Assembly: GCF_021028975.2 (NCBI RefSeq)
Contig: NC_059434.1
Span: 70,494,001-70,558,000 of the forward strand
Length of the DNA stretch: 64,000 nt
Direction: 5' to 3'
From: Sphaerodactylus townsendi
Lineage: Eukaryota
Shown here: positions 51,190 through 62,969 of the stretch, one piece after another
How the letters are laid out: each line of letters begins with the position of its first letter
Position numbering within the stretch: position 1 is the first letter of the stretch
Notes under the pieces: generated by a model
The model's database searches: none
What the model saw: the letters and a program-made list of their open reading frames with translations, nothing else
What the model was told of the DNA's origin: nothing
Position numbers and translations under genes: made by a program

Positions 51190-51793
51190 TGTGGCACAAT
51201 GGTTAAGAGCAGTGGATTCTAAGCTGGAGAGCTGGGTCCACTCGAACAGTGGACACTGACCAGGATTGATTCCCCACCCCTCCACATGCAGTAGCATACC
51301 ATGAGGGAAGAGCAGAGGGGACTGACCCCCAGGCGCCACTTGTGGGCATCACGGGGGGGGGGGCATTCGGCCGCCCCTTTCCCCACCACTCCCCACTGCT
51401 CGCTTTGTCCACCATTTGCTCGCCTGCTTGCTTGTTTCTTTTTCTACAAGCCACTGTTCACTGCTGCTTCTGTCCACTGTTTGCTTGCTGCTGCTTCTGC
51501 CTGCCTGTGCTCTGCTTATCCTGGCTGTTTGTGTGAGGGAGGGCTGGCAGCTTTGGGGGAGTGCCATTTCATAATGATACGCCCCTGTCCACATAAGCAA
51601 TGGACTCTAATTTGTTGAACCAGGTTTGTTTCTCTCATCCTACACATGAAGCCTGCTGGGTGACCATGGGCTAGCCACAGTTATCTCTCAGCTCCACCTA
51701 CCTAACAAGTAGGTGTCTGGTGTAGGGAAAGGAAGGAAAGGAGTTTCTAAGCCACTTGGAGACTCCTTACAGTATAAATCCAAACTCTTCTTC
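51190..51793 (+). mobile_element. Squam3-like SINE(s) with a nested hAT element
   Basis: SINE head at 51190-51288, SINE sequence resumes at about 51596-51793. Confidence 0.65.
51289..51587. mobile_element. hAT-type non-autonomous element
   Basis: CAGTAGCATA ... TACGCCCCTG, TSD TCCACATG/TCCACATA (7 of 8 match). Confidence 0.7.
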
Positions 51794-53477
51794 ATATATT
51801 AGAAACTGAATTTCAAGTACATACTTAAAAAATGTGCCTTACTTCCTTTGCAAAGCACACTCTAGGGTACAAACTGTGAATTGCCCTTCAGATTACAATT
51901 CATAAAATACATCTTGTGCAATTGTTATAGTTAAATTCATGGAGACTGACCACCCTTCCAGATTTATATGCTTTCTTAAGTGCTTTGCTGGATCACAGTC
52001 TCAGTCAATAAGCTACACTAGAATTATTTATTGTTATATTTAAATTATTTTGGCTTTTAAGTCATATATTGTAATATTTCAGTTATTAAAGTCTGGAGAT
52101 TTTCTTCTAGAAAGCCTTTCGATGAAACAAACTCAGAAAAACCAACTCAAATAATTGAGAGAAATTATGCTGATTGTGCAAGAAAAGTCCCCACCGCAGC
52201 AGATCAAAGCATTCCTTGTATTGCTTTGTGATTGTTTGCCACACCATCAGGGTTGTGCACGCACACCCTCCAGAGTCCCTCTTGGAGTCCTTGACAGGAG
52301 TCAGTCTGGAGAAGGGAAGGGGTTAACAATCTCCCTGGTCTACCTCCTTTTTTTCTGTTGGCTTCCCTTGGTCAGCCATCAGAGTCCCTGGTCTTCATGT
52401 AAGAGACATCCTCAGATATGGCCACCCCTTCTTCTTCCTGCTTCTATGAGGGTTGCCTGCCCTTTTGGGTTGATTAGTAGAAGCTGTTACTAATTGGGCA
52501 TGACTGGGCCAGGCCCCCCCTCTCTCTCCAACCAGCTGGTGCTGGTATATCAAGGCTCAGAGCCACTGCATAGGCAGCTGTTCCTTTCTTGCCTAGGTCT
52601 GCTGGCTGACTATGCCACAAATCTTATGGATAGGCCCTGCTCCAACAGATCTCCCACCAGGAGACAGTCTGCCCTGCCTTATTGACTTATAGAAGTTGGG
52701 CCAAATTCTGCTGTGTGTCCTATATGTATATTTACATAACAAGTCCAAAGCAGCTTTCAAAACAATAGATAATCAAATGGCAAGTCAATATAAAAACCAA
52801 CAGGCCTACCAACTAGAGACTCTGGCCTGCCCTGGTCCCTTCTCCATGGCACATATCCTCCCTTAAACATTTTCTATTTGCCACTACTCAATAAAACATT
52901 GGTAAAAGGATGAGGAGGAAATTGATGCCATGGCAATACCATGATAGTTATTCTGATGTCAAGCCAGCAGTGACAGCATTGTAGCAGTGTGACATTCTAG
53001 GATTTCACTAAAACTCTATTGTAAAACTGCAATATTTCTGTAATCTATAAAATGTTGTGGAATCCTAATATCCCTTCTGAGTTCACACTGGAAGTGATTT
53101 CATGGCATCCCTGTGAAACCTATTTTCCCCATTTACAGGTACTCGCTCTCTACCCGCCATATACTTGACTGGCAACCCACGTCCAGATGCAAAAAATTTG
53201 AAAGTGCTGGGTCAGGACTTCATTTATTTATTAGATTTTTATCCCGTCTTTTCTGGCATAGGCCAGGCACAGAGCAGCTTATAACAATACAATACATTAC
53301 ATTAATCGATAACTTAGAACAGATCATAAAGTACAAATATATCTATACCTATTTTAATGTAAAATCTTTTTTTAAAATAAACTAAAAGGAACTAAAATGC
53401 TGGAACATGCTGAAAACAGTTCTAAGAGCCTCTTTACTCACTGAATCCTCTTTTAGGTATGAGATGTGAGAAACTAT

Positions 53478-53618
53478 GGCCCCTTCCGCACACGCAAAAT
53501 AATACGTTTTCAAACCACTTTCACAACTGTTTGCAAGTGTATTTTGCTATTCCGCACAGCTTCAAAGAGCACTGAAAGCAGTTTGAAAGTGCATTATTCT
53601 GCATGTGTGGAATGAGCC
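53478..53618. mobile_element. Harbinger-type MITE family A
   Basis: Same ~140-bp sequence, TSD TAT/TAT. Confidence 0.87.
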
Positions 53619-53782
53619 TATCAGTCTCACTTACTTGACTAGAAGATCACTAGTGTATATGGTGTAAGTCTCAATACCTGCGTGGATTTTCTACTACAAC
53701 AACAATTGATATTTTTTTACTGGTATTTGAATTAATGCCTGGAGGTAACCTAATAAAGTGCTCCTCTGTTCCACATCTCTAA

Positions 53783-54382
53783 GGCCGTTTCCGCACGGCC
53801 AAAAGCAGCGACGCGATGACGTCGCAAATTGCGACGCATACGAAAAAAAGCGTTCACACAGACAGGCGGAGCTGCGGGCGTCCGCAGCCCCGCAGAAATG
53901 TGACGGTTCGCACTGAAGCGCTGCGGAAGTGGCGTCTCGCGACGTTGCGCCTGCGCACTTGCGAAGCCGTGCAGGCCCGACGTCATGCCCACGCAGCAGT
54001 GCGATGGACAACGTGACTGCCCTGATGTCCTGCCCGTCCCCCATCTGTCAGTGCCTCCCCTCCCAGCTACTGTCAGTCCCAGTGCATGGGTCTGGGAAAG
54101 GTGCTTGGCCATGCAGGGAAAGCACCAGGGACAAACGTGTGTGTGTGTGGGGGGAAAAGGTGACCCAGCTTGGCCGTCTGGCAGTCGCCATTTTGAAGAC
54201 GGCTCCCTTGCGGCTGTTTAAAAGTGTTTAAAGCGTTTTCTGAATACGGCGTCTTCGCGCCGGTTTAGCGTTTCCGCGACGGCGCGAATGCGCACCTCCG
54301 CCGCTGCGCGTGCGAACGCTCTCGCTATGGCGGTTCTTTTACCGTTGCCACGACGTCATATTTCGCCCGTGCGGAAACGGCC
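53783..54382. mobile_element. Young CpG-rich 600-bp Harbinger-like element
   Basis: Perfect 16-bp TIR GGCCGTTTCCGCACGG/CCGTGCGGAAACGGCC, flanks TAA and TTA, CpGs not decayed. Confidence 0.82.
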
Positions 54383-55504
54383 TTAGCTACTGTATAACCC
54401 CTTTGTGTCAGATACAGTCACAGGTATAGTATCTGTAGCAGTGGCTTCTCTCCACACAGAAAATTGGCACATCAGTGGAGAGGCTGTTTGACTTCAAGTG
54501 CCAGTGGTGTTGGTGTGGTTGGATGAGACAGATGTAGCTGGGGGAAAGAGGTAATAAGTATAAAGGCTGGATATCAAGAGCTCTCTGCGGCTAGAAATGT
54601 GTGAACAATTTCAGTGTACAATTTCCAAACACTCTGAAGCAGAACCTCCAGGCAGACCTGGCAATGCTGGCCTTCTTGTCTGAAAACTGTACAGTATCTT
54701 GTTCTGCCAGCCAGCTGGACAGAATCAAAGAAATAGAGGGAGCAGACTTGATGAAGAACTACATCTAGTATGGAAAGGAGTGCCATTAACGGTATTAACA
54801 AAAGCAACCTTGAAAGATACTTTCCAAGCAATGAAACTTATTTAAATAGGTCGAGCACATTTGACCCATTATACTGTTACCCATTATAGTGTTAACCAAC
54901 TTGACACCCACCACCATATCGAAATACATCTTAAGGCATAGGACAAGTTTTCACTGAGGTCTGTATAACTGAATTCCCTTCTAGGCTAAAACGTCCATCC
55001 CGATTTAAAATGGGCATGTCAGTGGAGAGGTCTTATCAATATCCCCTGATGCTCTCTTCGGATAGAACTGTTACATGGAAAATAGTCACTGCTACAGATA
55101 CCAAACCCATGGTTGCTAGCTGAAGTCATATATTGCCCATGTACAGGTTTGACTTGTCACTGAGAAGTCAGTCATACTAAGCTGGAAATAATGGTAATTA
55201 TAAATGCAAGCTAGAATCAAACTTCCACTGGCAAAGTTCACTAATTCAGAGGAAGTCACTGGCTTATGAAGTACAAATATATTCTTGTGTTAGTCTACTT
55301 TAATTAAAGAGTCAAAGGCCTTAATATTCAAGCTTTTCTTAGTTCATAATACTGTTTAAAAATTAAAAATAGCAGTTCCTAACTTGATTAACCATCTGTA
55401 GGCTAAGTAATATTTTATTATTATTATTTTGGTCTGACTTGGTACACTAAATGTGACTTTTAGTAACATACTATAGATTTGTCCATATTTCATTGCAGAT
55501 GTAA

Positions 55505-55800
55505 AGAAGAAGGAGGAGGAGGAGGAGGAGGAGGGGTTGGATTTATATCCCCCCCTTTCTCTCCTGTAGGAGACTCAAAGGGGCTTAAAATCTCCTTGCC
55601 CTTCCCCCCTCACAACAAACACCCTGTGAGGTGGGTGGGGCTGTGACTAGCCCAAGGTCACCCAGATGGCGTGTGTGGGAGTGTATAGGTTAATCTGAAT
55701 TCCCCAGATAAGCCTCCACAGCTCAGGCGGCAGAGCGGGGAATCAAATCCGGTTCCTCCAGATTAGAATGCACCTGCTTTTTACCTACTATGCCACTGCA
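55505..55800 (-). mobile_element. tRNA-derived SINE (Squam3-like)
   Basis: Reverse complement matches the 44147 copy, with a (CTC/CTT)n tail. Confidence 0.85.
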
Positions 55801-55946
55801 GTTCCTTGGATCAGCAGTAAACATATCATTTTAATCTGGGTTGTAAAAGGTATATAACATATACATAAACTGTACACAGCAAGACAAATTATAATTATGA
55901 CATCTTTTTAATAACAGAAAGGGTAAATTGCTTTTATCCTCTAAAT

Positions 55947-56111
55947 GTAGAAGAAGAAGAAAAGGAGAAAGAGGAGGAGTAGTTTGGATTTATACCCCGC
56001 CTTTTAGTCTTGTAAGGAGTCTAAAAGTGGCTTTAAAACTCCTTCTTTTCCTCTACCCACAACTGACACCTTGTGAGGTAGGTGGGGCTGAGAGAGTTCT
56101 GTGAGAACTGT
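55947..56111 (-). mobile_element. Squam3-like SINE 3' half
   Basis: Tail and body match the family. The head is replaced by unrelated repeat sequence starting near 56112. Confidence 0.75.
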
Positions 56112-56485
56112 GGTGGATTCTGCACAGGCTAAATATAGGTGTAGGATGTGATATAAACCATTTGGGGGGGACACTTCGCACAGGTCCCATTTGGGGGGAA
56201 CTTCACACAGATTCCGTTCCCAAAATGGTTTTGCCCTGTGTTATTACCATCAACCCAGGAGTTTTGAAGATCACTAAACTAGCAACTCCAAGCTCTCCTC
56301 AGATTTTCTCCATAGAAACCAAACTGTAAGAAATGGTGCTTAACGGTGTTGTAAAAATGGTGTTATAATGCCAACAGAGTTTTTTTTAAAAAAAATGACT
56401 GCAGTGATTTTTTCAGATGGTGTGGAAGTCATCTAGTAGTATTGCTTCTAACATTTCACCCACTACTACAGTCAGCATCTTCAGA

Positions 56486-57231
56486 CTGCTCTCATGGTGC
56501 AGGGAAAATAACCTGGTTCTTAACACTAACAAGACAAAGGAGCTCATAGTGGACTATAGAAGGAATAGCTCAGAAATTCAGCCCTTGACTATAAATGGAG
56601 ATCAAGTGGAGCGGGTGGCTAGTTTTAAATTTCTGGGCGTTATGATTAAAGAGGACTTGACCTGGGGCGTACAGACTGCCGCGGTGGTTAAGAAAGCCCA
56701 GCAAAGACTGTACTTTCTGAGACTTTTAAGGAAGCAACAACTAGATGGAAAACTTCTGGTGTCCTATAGAGAGTGTCCTAACCTACTGCATCTGTGTATG
56801 GTTCTCCAGTTGCACAGTGGCGAATAGGAAGGCGCTCCAAAGGGTGATCACTACTGCACAAAGGATTATCGGCTGCCCTCTTCCCTCCTTGGAAGAAATC
56901 TATAATTCCCGAAGCCTAAATAAAGCCCAAAATATTCTGAGGGACCCGTCTCATCCAGCACACTCTCTTTTTAAACTGTTACCATCTGGCAGACGATACA
57001 GGGCCCTCAGAACTAGGACAAAGAGGCTTAGAGACAGCTTCTACTCTAGAGCTGTGGCTATGCTAAACTCCGCTGCTTCATATTGATGTATTTGGGGCTG
57101 TGTAGGGATGGGTGGAGGAAGGGGAAAGTGTGGATGATGTATGAGTCTGAAATTGTGTGCATCGAGGAATGCTGCTGTAAATTTCGTTGTGCGTGCGCAA
57201 TGACAATAAAATGCTTATGCTTATGCTTATG
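56486..57231 (+). mobile_element. Rex1/Babar LINE, 5'-truncated (RT C-terminus and 3' UTR)
   Basis: WCRENNLVLNTNKTKELIVDYRR...FKFLGV...KKAQQRLYFLRLL, one frameshift near 56765, then IESVLTYCICVW...DPSHPAHSLFKLLPSGRRYR...RLRDSFY. Stop at 57086, AATAAA and (ATGCTT)n tail, flanked by CAGA on both sides. Confidence 0.88.
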
Positions 57232-57401
57232 CAGAGGCACATCACAGTAAGATGTGTTTCTCTTCATGGCATATTGTAGACTGAATGGGTGATGGAGTAC
57301 ATGTTTTGTCCACCTCACAAGTAGAGTGTGGGGAGAGGTGACGAGCATTTGCATGTGCTTGAGTAGAGTTAATTTGCATCTGTATTTGCATTAGCAAGTA
57401 T

Positions 57402-57826
57402 TGTCAAGCCCCTGTCAAGATTGCAGCTCTTTCCTGACTCTTGTCATGAGACTGTGGGGTGGGGTGGGAGAGGGTGGCACAGTGAGAGCCTAGCTTGTCA
57501 TGTCATCATCCCTGTGCTTATGTACTTTCACTTTTAGGTGCATAGCAACTCTTCTTACACTTCAAGACAGTCTGCACTTGGTCCTTATCTTTTTCCTTGA
57601 CCTTGGAGGCTTCATAGAGCCTGAGAATGCTTCCACTTTTACCCCACTGGGATGGCAAGTGAGGGGTTGGAGAGGTATTTGGGAAAGGTATCCTAATTGA
57701 AAGATGAGTAGTAGAACTCAGTTCTAGCAAAGACTTGCTTGTATACTATTCTCACACTTTTTGTCAATAAACTAAATTCTGAACCCAGGGGTCTGGTTAT
57801 TGTGAGGAGGTTGACAGATCCTGACA
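57402..57826 (+). mobile_element. Probable solo LTR nested in the Penelope remnant
   Basis: TGTCAAG ... CCTGACA termini (start at 57402 or 57413), AATAAA at 57766, possible decayed TSD AGTAT/GGTGT. Confidence 0.55.
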
Positions 57827-59340
57827 GGTGTCCAAGCAGAGTCCATTTGCAGTTGCATTTGAATGTCTCTGTTTTTGTTTTGGTGTTTTTTTAGTACCAG
57901 TAGTCAGGTTTTGTTGATTTTCAAGCTGACTTCCTTTTTGTTGAAACTGTCCTGGTGTTTTCAGATTTCAGTGGCTTCCTTGTACAGTCTGACATGGTAG
58001 CTGTTGGAGTGTCAAGAATGTCTATGTCTTCAAATAAGATCCTATGTCCAGATTAGTTTACAGCATGTTCTGCTAATGCTGGTTTCCCAAGTTGGATTGG
58101 TCACCAATGCCTTTCATGTTCACAAAGATGTTCATGTTCACTCCCTCCCCACCCAGGACACTGAGGTAATAAATGATAATTTCTAAACACTGCAACTTCA
58201 AAAATAAGTAACTTATCCTTAGTCTAGCCATCTCATAGGGCATGTGCAAAAGCAGAAAGGAAGATTTGTGGTTATATCACTTTTTGTTTGATCCTTGTTC
58301 AGTTTGCTGAGTAAATAGACCATGGGGCACACTTTGATTACTTCATTAAAATTCTTTTTAATTTAATTGCTGGTAGCCTGATCTAATTCAATCATGCTTA
58401 TCTGGCAGAAAGGCCAGGGGTGGCTATAGATCTCTTCATCTCCACAGTATGCAAGTGTGCATGCTAGTCCTCCTCATAGTAGTTGGTGAGTATGAAGTGA
58501 GACACAAGGCAAAGATGAGAAGCCCTTAAATGGCACTGTGGTAGGCAGTTCTGAAATGGTGGTCCTGCTGCAGAAAATATTCCTTAAGTTTGCAAAGTTG
58601 CAGCCAAAATACCCAGAAAGAACTAAGTATCATGTGAGTAAGGGAAACGTGGGTCGCGAGCATTATTTTTCCCATATTTGGAAAGAGGTGAATGTTTATT
58701 TTATGTGTTGCTTATTCATACAATTCCTACCACCAAATAGATGGACAGCAGAAATAAAATCAAAGTCTCTAGGTTGACCAAAAGCCCCTACTGAACAATA
58801 CCATCGTTATATCATGTTCTGACAGATAAATGGTTTTATTAGCACAAATGTGTGAAATATCTGCCATCTAACATTCCCTTGAGCTATCACCTTTCTGCAA
58901 GGTGCAAGGGAAGTGAGCAAAGTATGTATTTCATTGTTAAGGATCTTATTTCTTGAGCATTCGCCGTCTTACAAGCTATGGTACAATTAATGTAAAACTT
59001 TAAGTAGCACATTCTTAACCTTTGCTAAGCACAAGAAAAACATAGGAAAATGATTGTTGCCAGATGAATTTGACCCATTTGATGCACTTGAATATCAGCA
59101 ACTCACAGTGCAGAAAAACTAGAGGCAATATGGACAGTGTGAAGGTTCAAACTAGAAAAGGGGGAAATATTCTAGTAGTCAGAAATAATGGCACCAGAGC
59201 CTTGCAGAAGTCTTTGATACTCTGATATAGTGTCCTAAGAATGGGGTGAAAGCTAAACTTCGGATTCCTTCTAGGACAAAAGGGTTTCAGAAATATAGTA
59301 AGTGGCAGTCAATCAATTTGCATACACTACCATAAGATAA

Positions 59341-59517
59341 ATGTGAGGGTGATCTGGCTGAAATCTGTCACCCCAATGATCACTAGGGTTGATACAGCTG
59401 ACCTGGCTGGCATCCCTCTCAAAACTGTGCACTTGGTGAAAGAGGACAACCATCCCTGATAGGAGTGTATTATTCTTCAATCAAATTACACAGCTCCCCT
59501 GCAAGTATCTCCAGAAA
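59341..59517 (+). pseudogene. RN7SK: 7SK snRNA pseudogene, internally deleted and 3'-truncated
   Basis: ATGTGAGGGTGATCTGGCTG..ATCTGTCACCCCAATGATCACTAGGGTTGAT..GCTGACCTGGCTGGC, then AGAGGACAACCATCCCTGATAG ... GCTCCCCTGC..CTCCA, match the recalled vertebrate 7SK sequence with CpG decay. Confidence 0.85.
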
Positions 59518-59521
59518 CTTA

Positions 59522-59662
59522 GGCCCCTTTCGCACACGCAAAATAATGTGTTTTCAAACCACTTTCACAACTGTTTGCAAGTGGATTTTGCTATTCTGCA
59601 CAGCTTCAAAGAGCACTGAAAGTAGTTTGAAAGTGCATTATTCTGCATGTGCGGAATGAGCC
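59522..59662. mobile_element. Harbinger-type MITE family A
   Basis: Same ~140-bp sequence, TSD TTA/TTA. Confidence 0.87.
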
Positions 59663-59689
59663 TTAGTAAATGAAAAGCAAGTGAAAAGG

Positions 59690-59900
59690 GCTTTGCTTCT
59701 TCAATGGTAATCTCGCCATTGTTCACTTGGAGCTCCTCTTGGGCATCTTTTGAATTGGAGTCATATGTGGTGGTCAGACCTGATTGGCTGAGGGTTTCTC
59801 GAAAACGTTCAGTCAACCTTTTGTTCTGCTCATCTTGGGTGGTTAGAAGCTTTCCATTCTTGTCCCTAATCAGAACATTAGAGCTGTTCATTTTAATTAC
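59690..59900 (-). mobile_element. RTE-clade LINE ORF fragment (endonuclease-RT linker)
   Basis: IRDKNGKLLTTQDEQNKRLTERFRETL...EITIEE resembles the IKDK.G.LL...EQ..RW.EHF..LN...IT.EE motif. Confidence 0.65.
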
Positions 59901-60096
59901 CACTTCATGATGTAACTGCACAAAGTAACACTAGAGTGTCTGTGCAAAAGAAAAAAAGGAACAATACATTTTCAATACATTGTGAAATCAATGCAACTGA
60001 AGAGACAAGGGGGAAATCCCAAAATGATGGAGGAAAAGGAGACCTGCAGAATGATTTCAAAGAAAGTGTTTCTAACATACAGAGTTTGACCATTAG

Positions 60097-60212
60097 AAAA
60101 ATCTGTGGTAAACTGTGCATGTGAAAAATGGCCTTATGTCTTATCTGTGGTAAACTGTGCATGTGAAATCTGTGGTAAACTGTGCATATGAAAAATGCCC
60201 TTATGTCTTATC
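60097..60212. repeat. Compound tandem duplication
   Basis: ATCTGTGGTAAACTGTGCAT(G/A)TGAAA three times, AAATG.CCTTATGTCTTATC twice. Confidence 0.9.
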
Positions 60213-62337
60213 CTGACCTAAGTTACTGTAACATATTGTGGAAATTGTGAGGTACAGTAGCTGGTGTGCAGTAACATAAGCGACAAAGCAGTAAATAACA
60301 AAAGAAGAAATTGTATCCCCGCTCACCCCCATGTGGCTTACTTAACTGACGAAGTCTGTGCAAAAAGCAGAATTTGGTTTCATATCAGGTGTCTCCATAG
60401 TATTAGGTTATCTCGGTTATGCAGACATGCTCTTGCTAAATCAGTTTGAGTTACATGCTGTATTTCATCAATTCCAAGGGAACAAGCACGGCTTGTTTAA
60501 TCAAAACACTCCAGAACTAGCATAAAACTATCCTGCCTTCAAATCTAAAGCAGACACAGGGCCTCAGAACTCATATTATTTCAAAGCGTCAGAGTACTAT
60601 CCTTAAACATATGTTGCAAGACTAAAAGTCTGTTATTTTAAGACAGTTATCAACCAGTAATCTGAAGATAGGCAAAAACATTCATTTTTAAGGCTTTCGC
60701 AGACAGATGGAACAGAAAGAAACATTTTTTTACTTTTCTAAAATAGTCAATACACTGACATTGCATGGCCTGTGCATTAGATCAGACAGCAAATTGGATA
60801 TTGATAGAGCTATTCTGAACAGTCGATAAGCTTTTTGATGACTGATACCTTTAGGCTGGCTGGTAATATCCATATCACTATTTGGAAACTAGAGAAAGAC
60901 ACTGTAAAGTAATATTCTCTTTGTGGTATCCTTAAGGGTAACTCAAGCTCACAAACCGAGCCCATTGCCAGGCTCTGGGGTTTTCATTAACTTCTCTTTA
61001 ACAGTAATGGGTTGAACAGAAAATTAATCCTCTTGCTGCTCTTTGTACACCAATAACAAACAGAAAAATGAAGGCAGAAAAGAGATGGCCCATCACGCAG
61101 AGAATCTGAGTGCATGCAAACAAAGGAGCAAGCAAACAAAATTATGTGAAGATTTCACAATCAGAAACTGCAGTTTGTCACTGACTTCTGCCAGATTGTG
61201 TTCTATTAAGTTGATTTGTTCATTAAATTTATAGGTTGCTTTTCACTGAATTAAAAACACTCAGCACAATACTCAACTATTTCACTTTACTCCGCTCCTT
61301 GCTTAGAGCACCTATGCCTTGTCTCTTTTGTTCAGGCAAATCACCTGATTCCCAATATAGTCTCTGGGGTGGCTAAAGTAAACTCCTCCTTACTTTTAAA
61401 TTAGCACAAAAGTTCTAACCCAGTGCACAGTAGAAAACAACAGAAATTCAACAATTTTGTTTTAAAACAACTACAAACTGTAGGGAAGCACATGAAACTA
61501 CTTCGTTTTATGGATAGGAGACTATTGTTGTTGTTTGCTCAAACTAGGGAAGGGGGGATTCCTGTTGATTTCTGTTTACTGAATGTCATTTTTACAGGCC
61601 TGGGGGGAAAATGTAGCATCTGGGATTTTATCCTCATGGTGAAATAAGCAGTATAAAATCGCTCTTTTTCATTAGTGTCAGAAACTATTGTTTCTGGGGG
61701 AAGAGGGCTTCCTTTAAAAACCTTTGAATGTCCCCTCCTAAGAATTGTAGATTACCTCCTGAGGGACCATATGGCCCTAGTTAATAATCATTGGTTTTTT
61801 AATTTAGTGATCAAATCAACATTTCTGAGAGCCATTTCTGAAAGCCATGTGAAAACTCAGGTGAAAAAGATAGCCAGAGCTTTGCACCAATTGTAGCTTC
61901 AGAATAGTTAACAAGGCAAAGCCCATGTACAGAAAATTACCAACGTAACCATGAAGTTGCAGATGTATGGATGCCAGTCACCAAATCAAATTATAAAATA
62001 TGAGATTGAACTACTTCTTTAGGAACCAAGATTTCACAATTAATACCATATTAAAACGTTCACACTTCCCTGACAGAAAGCCACATTTACCCATTGCAAA
62101 ATGCTGTTAGATTTAGTAGAGAAAATATCAGAGTTCAATCAAGGACTGCTAAATTTCTGCCCCTTCCTGCCATATGCCAGTTTTTGAAATATTTTTCTCA
62201 CAGTCTAGCTCTGTTCTCAAAAGTCAGCTGGGATTCGACAAAGGTATGGTGAGGGCAAAGGAGTGGGGGAGTTAACTCCATTTTTATTAAAATAGATTCC
62301 CCACACTTGAGGATCATGAGAACTCATGGTTTCCTTT

Positions 62338-62478
62338 GGCCCCTTCCGCACACACAAAATAATGCGTTTTCAAACCACTTTCACAACTGTTTGCAAGTGG
62401 ATTTTGCCATTCCGCACAGCTTCAATGAGCACTGAAAGCAGTTTGAAAGTGCATTATTCTGCATGTGTGGAATGAGCC
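62338..62478. mobile_element. Harbinger-type MITE family A
   Basis: Same ~140-bp sequence, TSD TTT/TTT. Confidence 0.87.
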
Positions 62479-62969
62479 TTTGTCTGTTGTAGCTCAAAAT
62501 AGAGATCTTACCTATTATTTCTAAAACGCTGTCAGGGACTGTTCCTTGAATGAATCTTGCAGTTCCCAAAGGATATCATTTCAACATGGTGGGAAGTTTA
62601 AAAAAAATTACAGGTGTAGATGTGTTTCCCAACAACATGAAAAATTTGAAATAGTTGTAAAAACTAGAATCAAGAAAACAAACATGGAATATGAAAGAAT
62701 ATTAATATAAAATTATTTTAAAGCTCATTAAACTGTTCACATTTGGTCACTGTGGGAATGCTGGAATTAGCAACCCGCAGGACTGGATCCCACAAGCTTT
62801 TTTCTGCTGAAAAGAGAGGAAGGTGTCACCTTTGACCACTTAAATGGCTGTGCTGGGGCTCACGAGACCCATAAACAATGTGGAAAGGGATTTGTAGTAT
62901 CAAACTGATACTGAATGAGAAAATGGGCTGGATCCAACACATAAGGTTCCCTGTTCTAAAGCCACTGCT

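Larger units (their letters stand above)
56417..58130 (-). mobile_element. Decayed Penelope-like element (GIY-YIG endonuclease C-terminus and 3' repeat), host to two nested insertions
   Basis: Minus strand 58121-57880 translates, with stops and frameshifts, to EHERH...ALAEHA..GHRILFED....YHVRLYKEATEI.KHQDSFNKKE. Terminal-repeat sequence at 56443-56485 resumes at 57232 and matches 31259-31330. Confidence 0.72.

Noticed and set aside
53783-54382. CpG island as a gene promoter, with overlapping ORFs
   Set aside because: It is bounded exactly by perfect TIRs, so it is a transposon.
59316-59323. ATTTGCAT octamer as a 7SK promoter element
   Set aside because: It lies about 20 bp upstream, not at the distal position, there is no recognisable PSE or TATA, and the 7SK copy is decayed.
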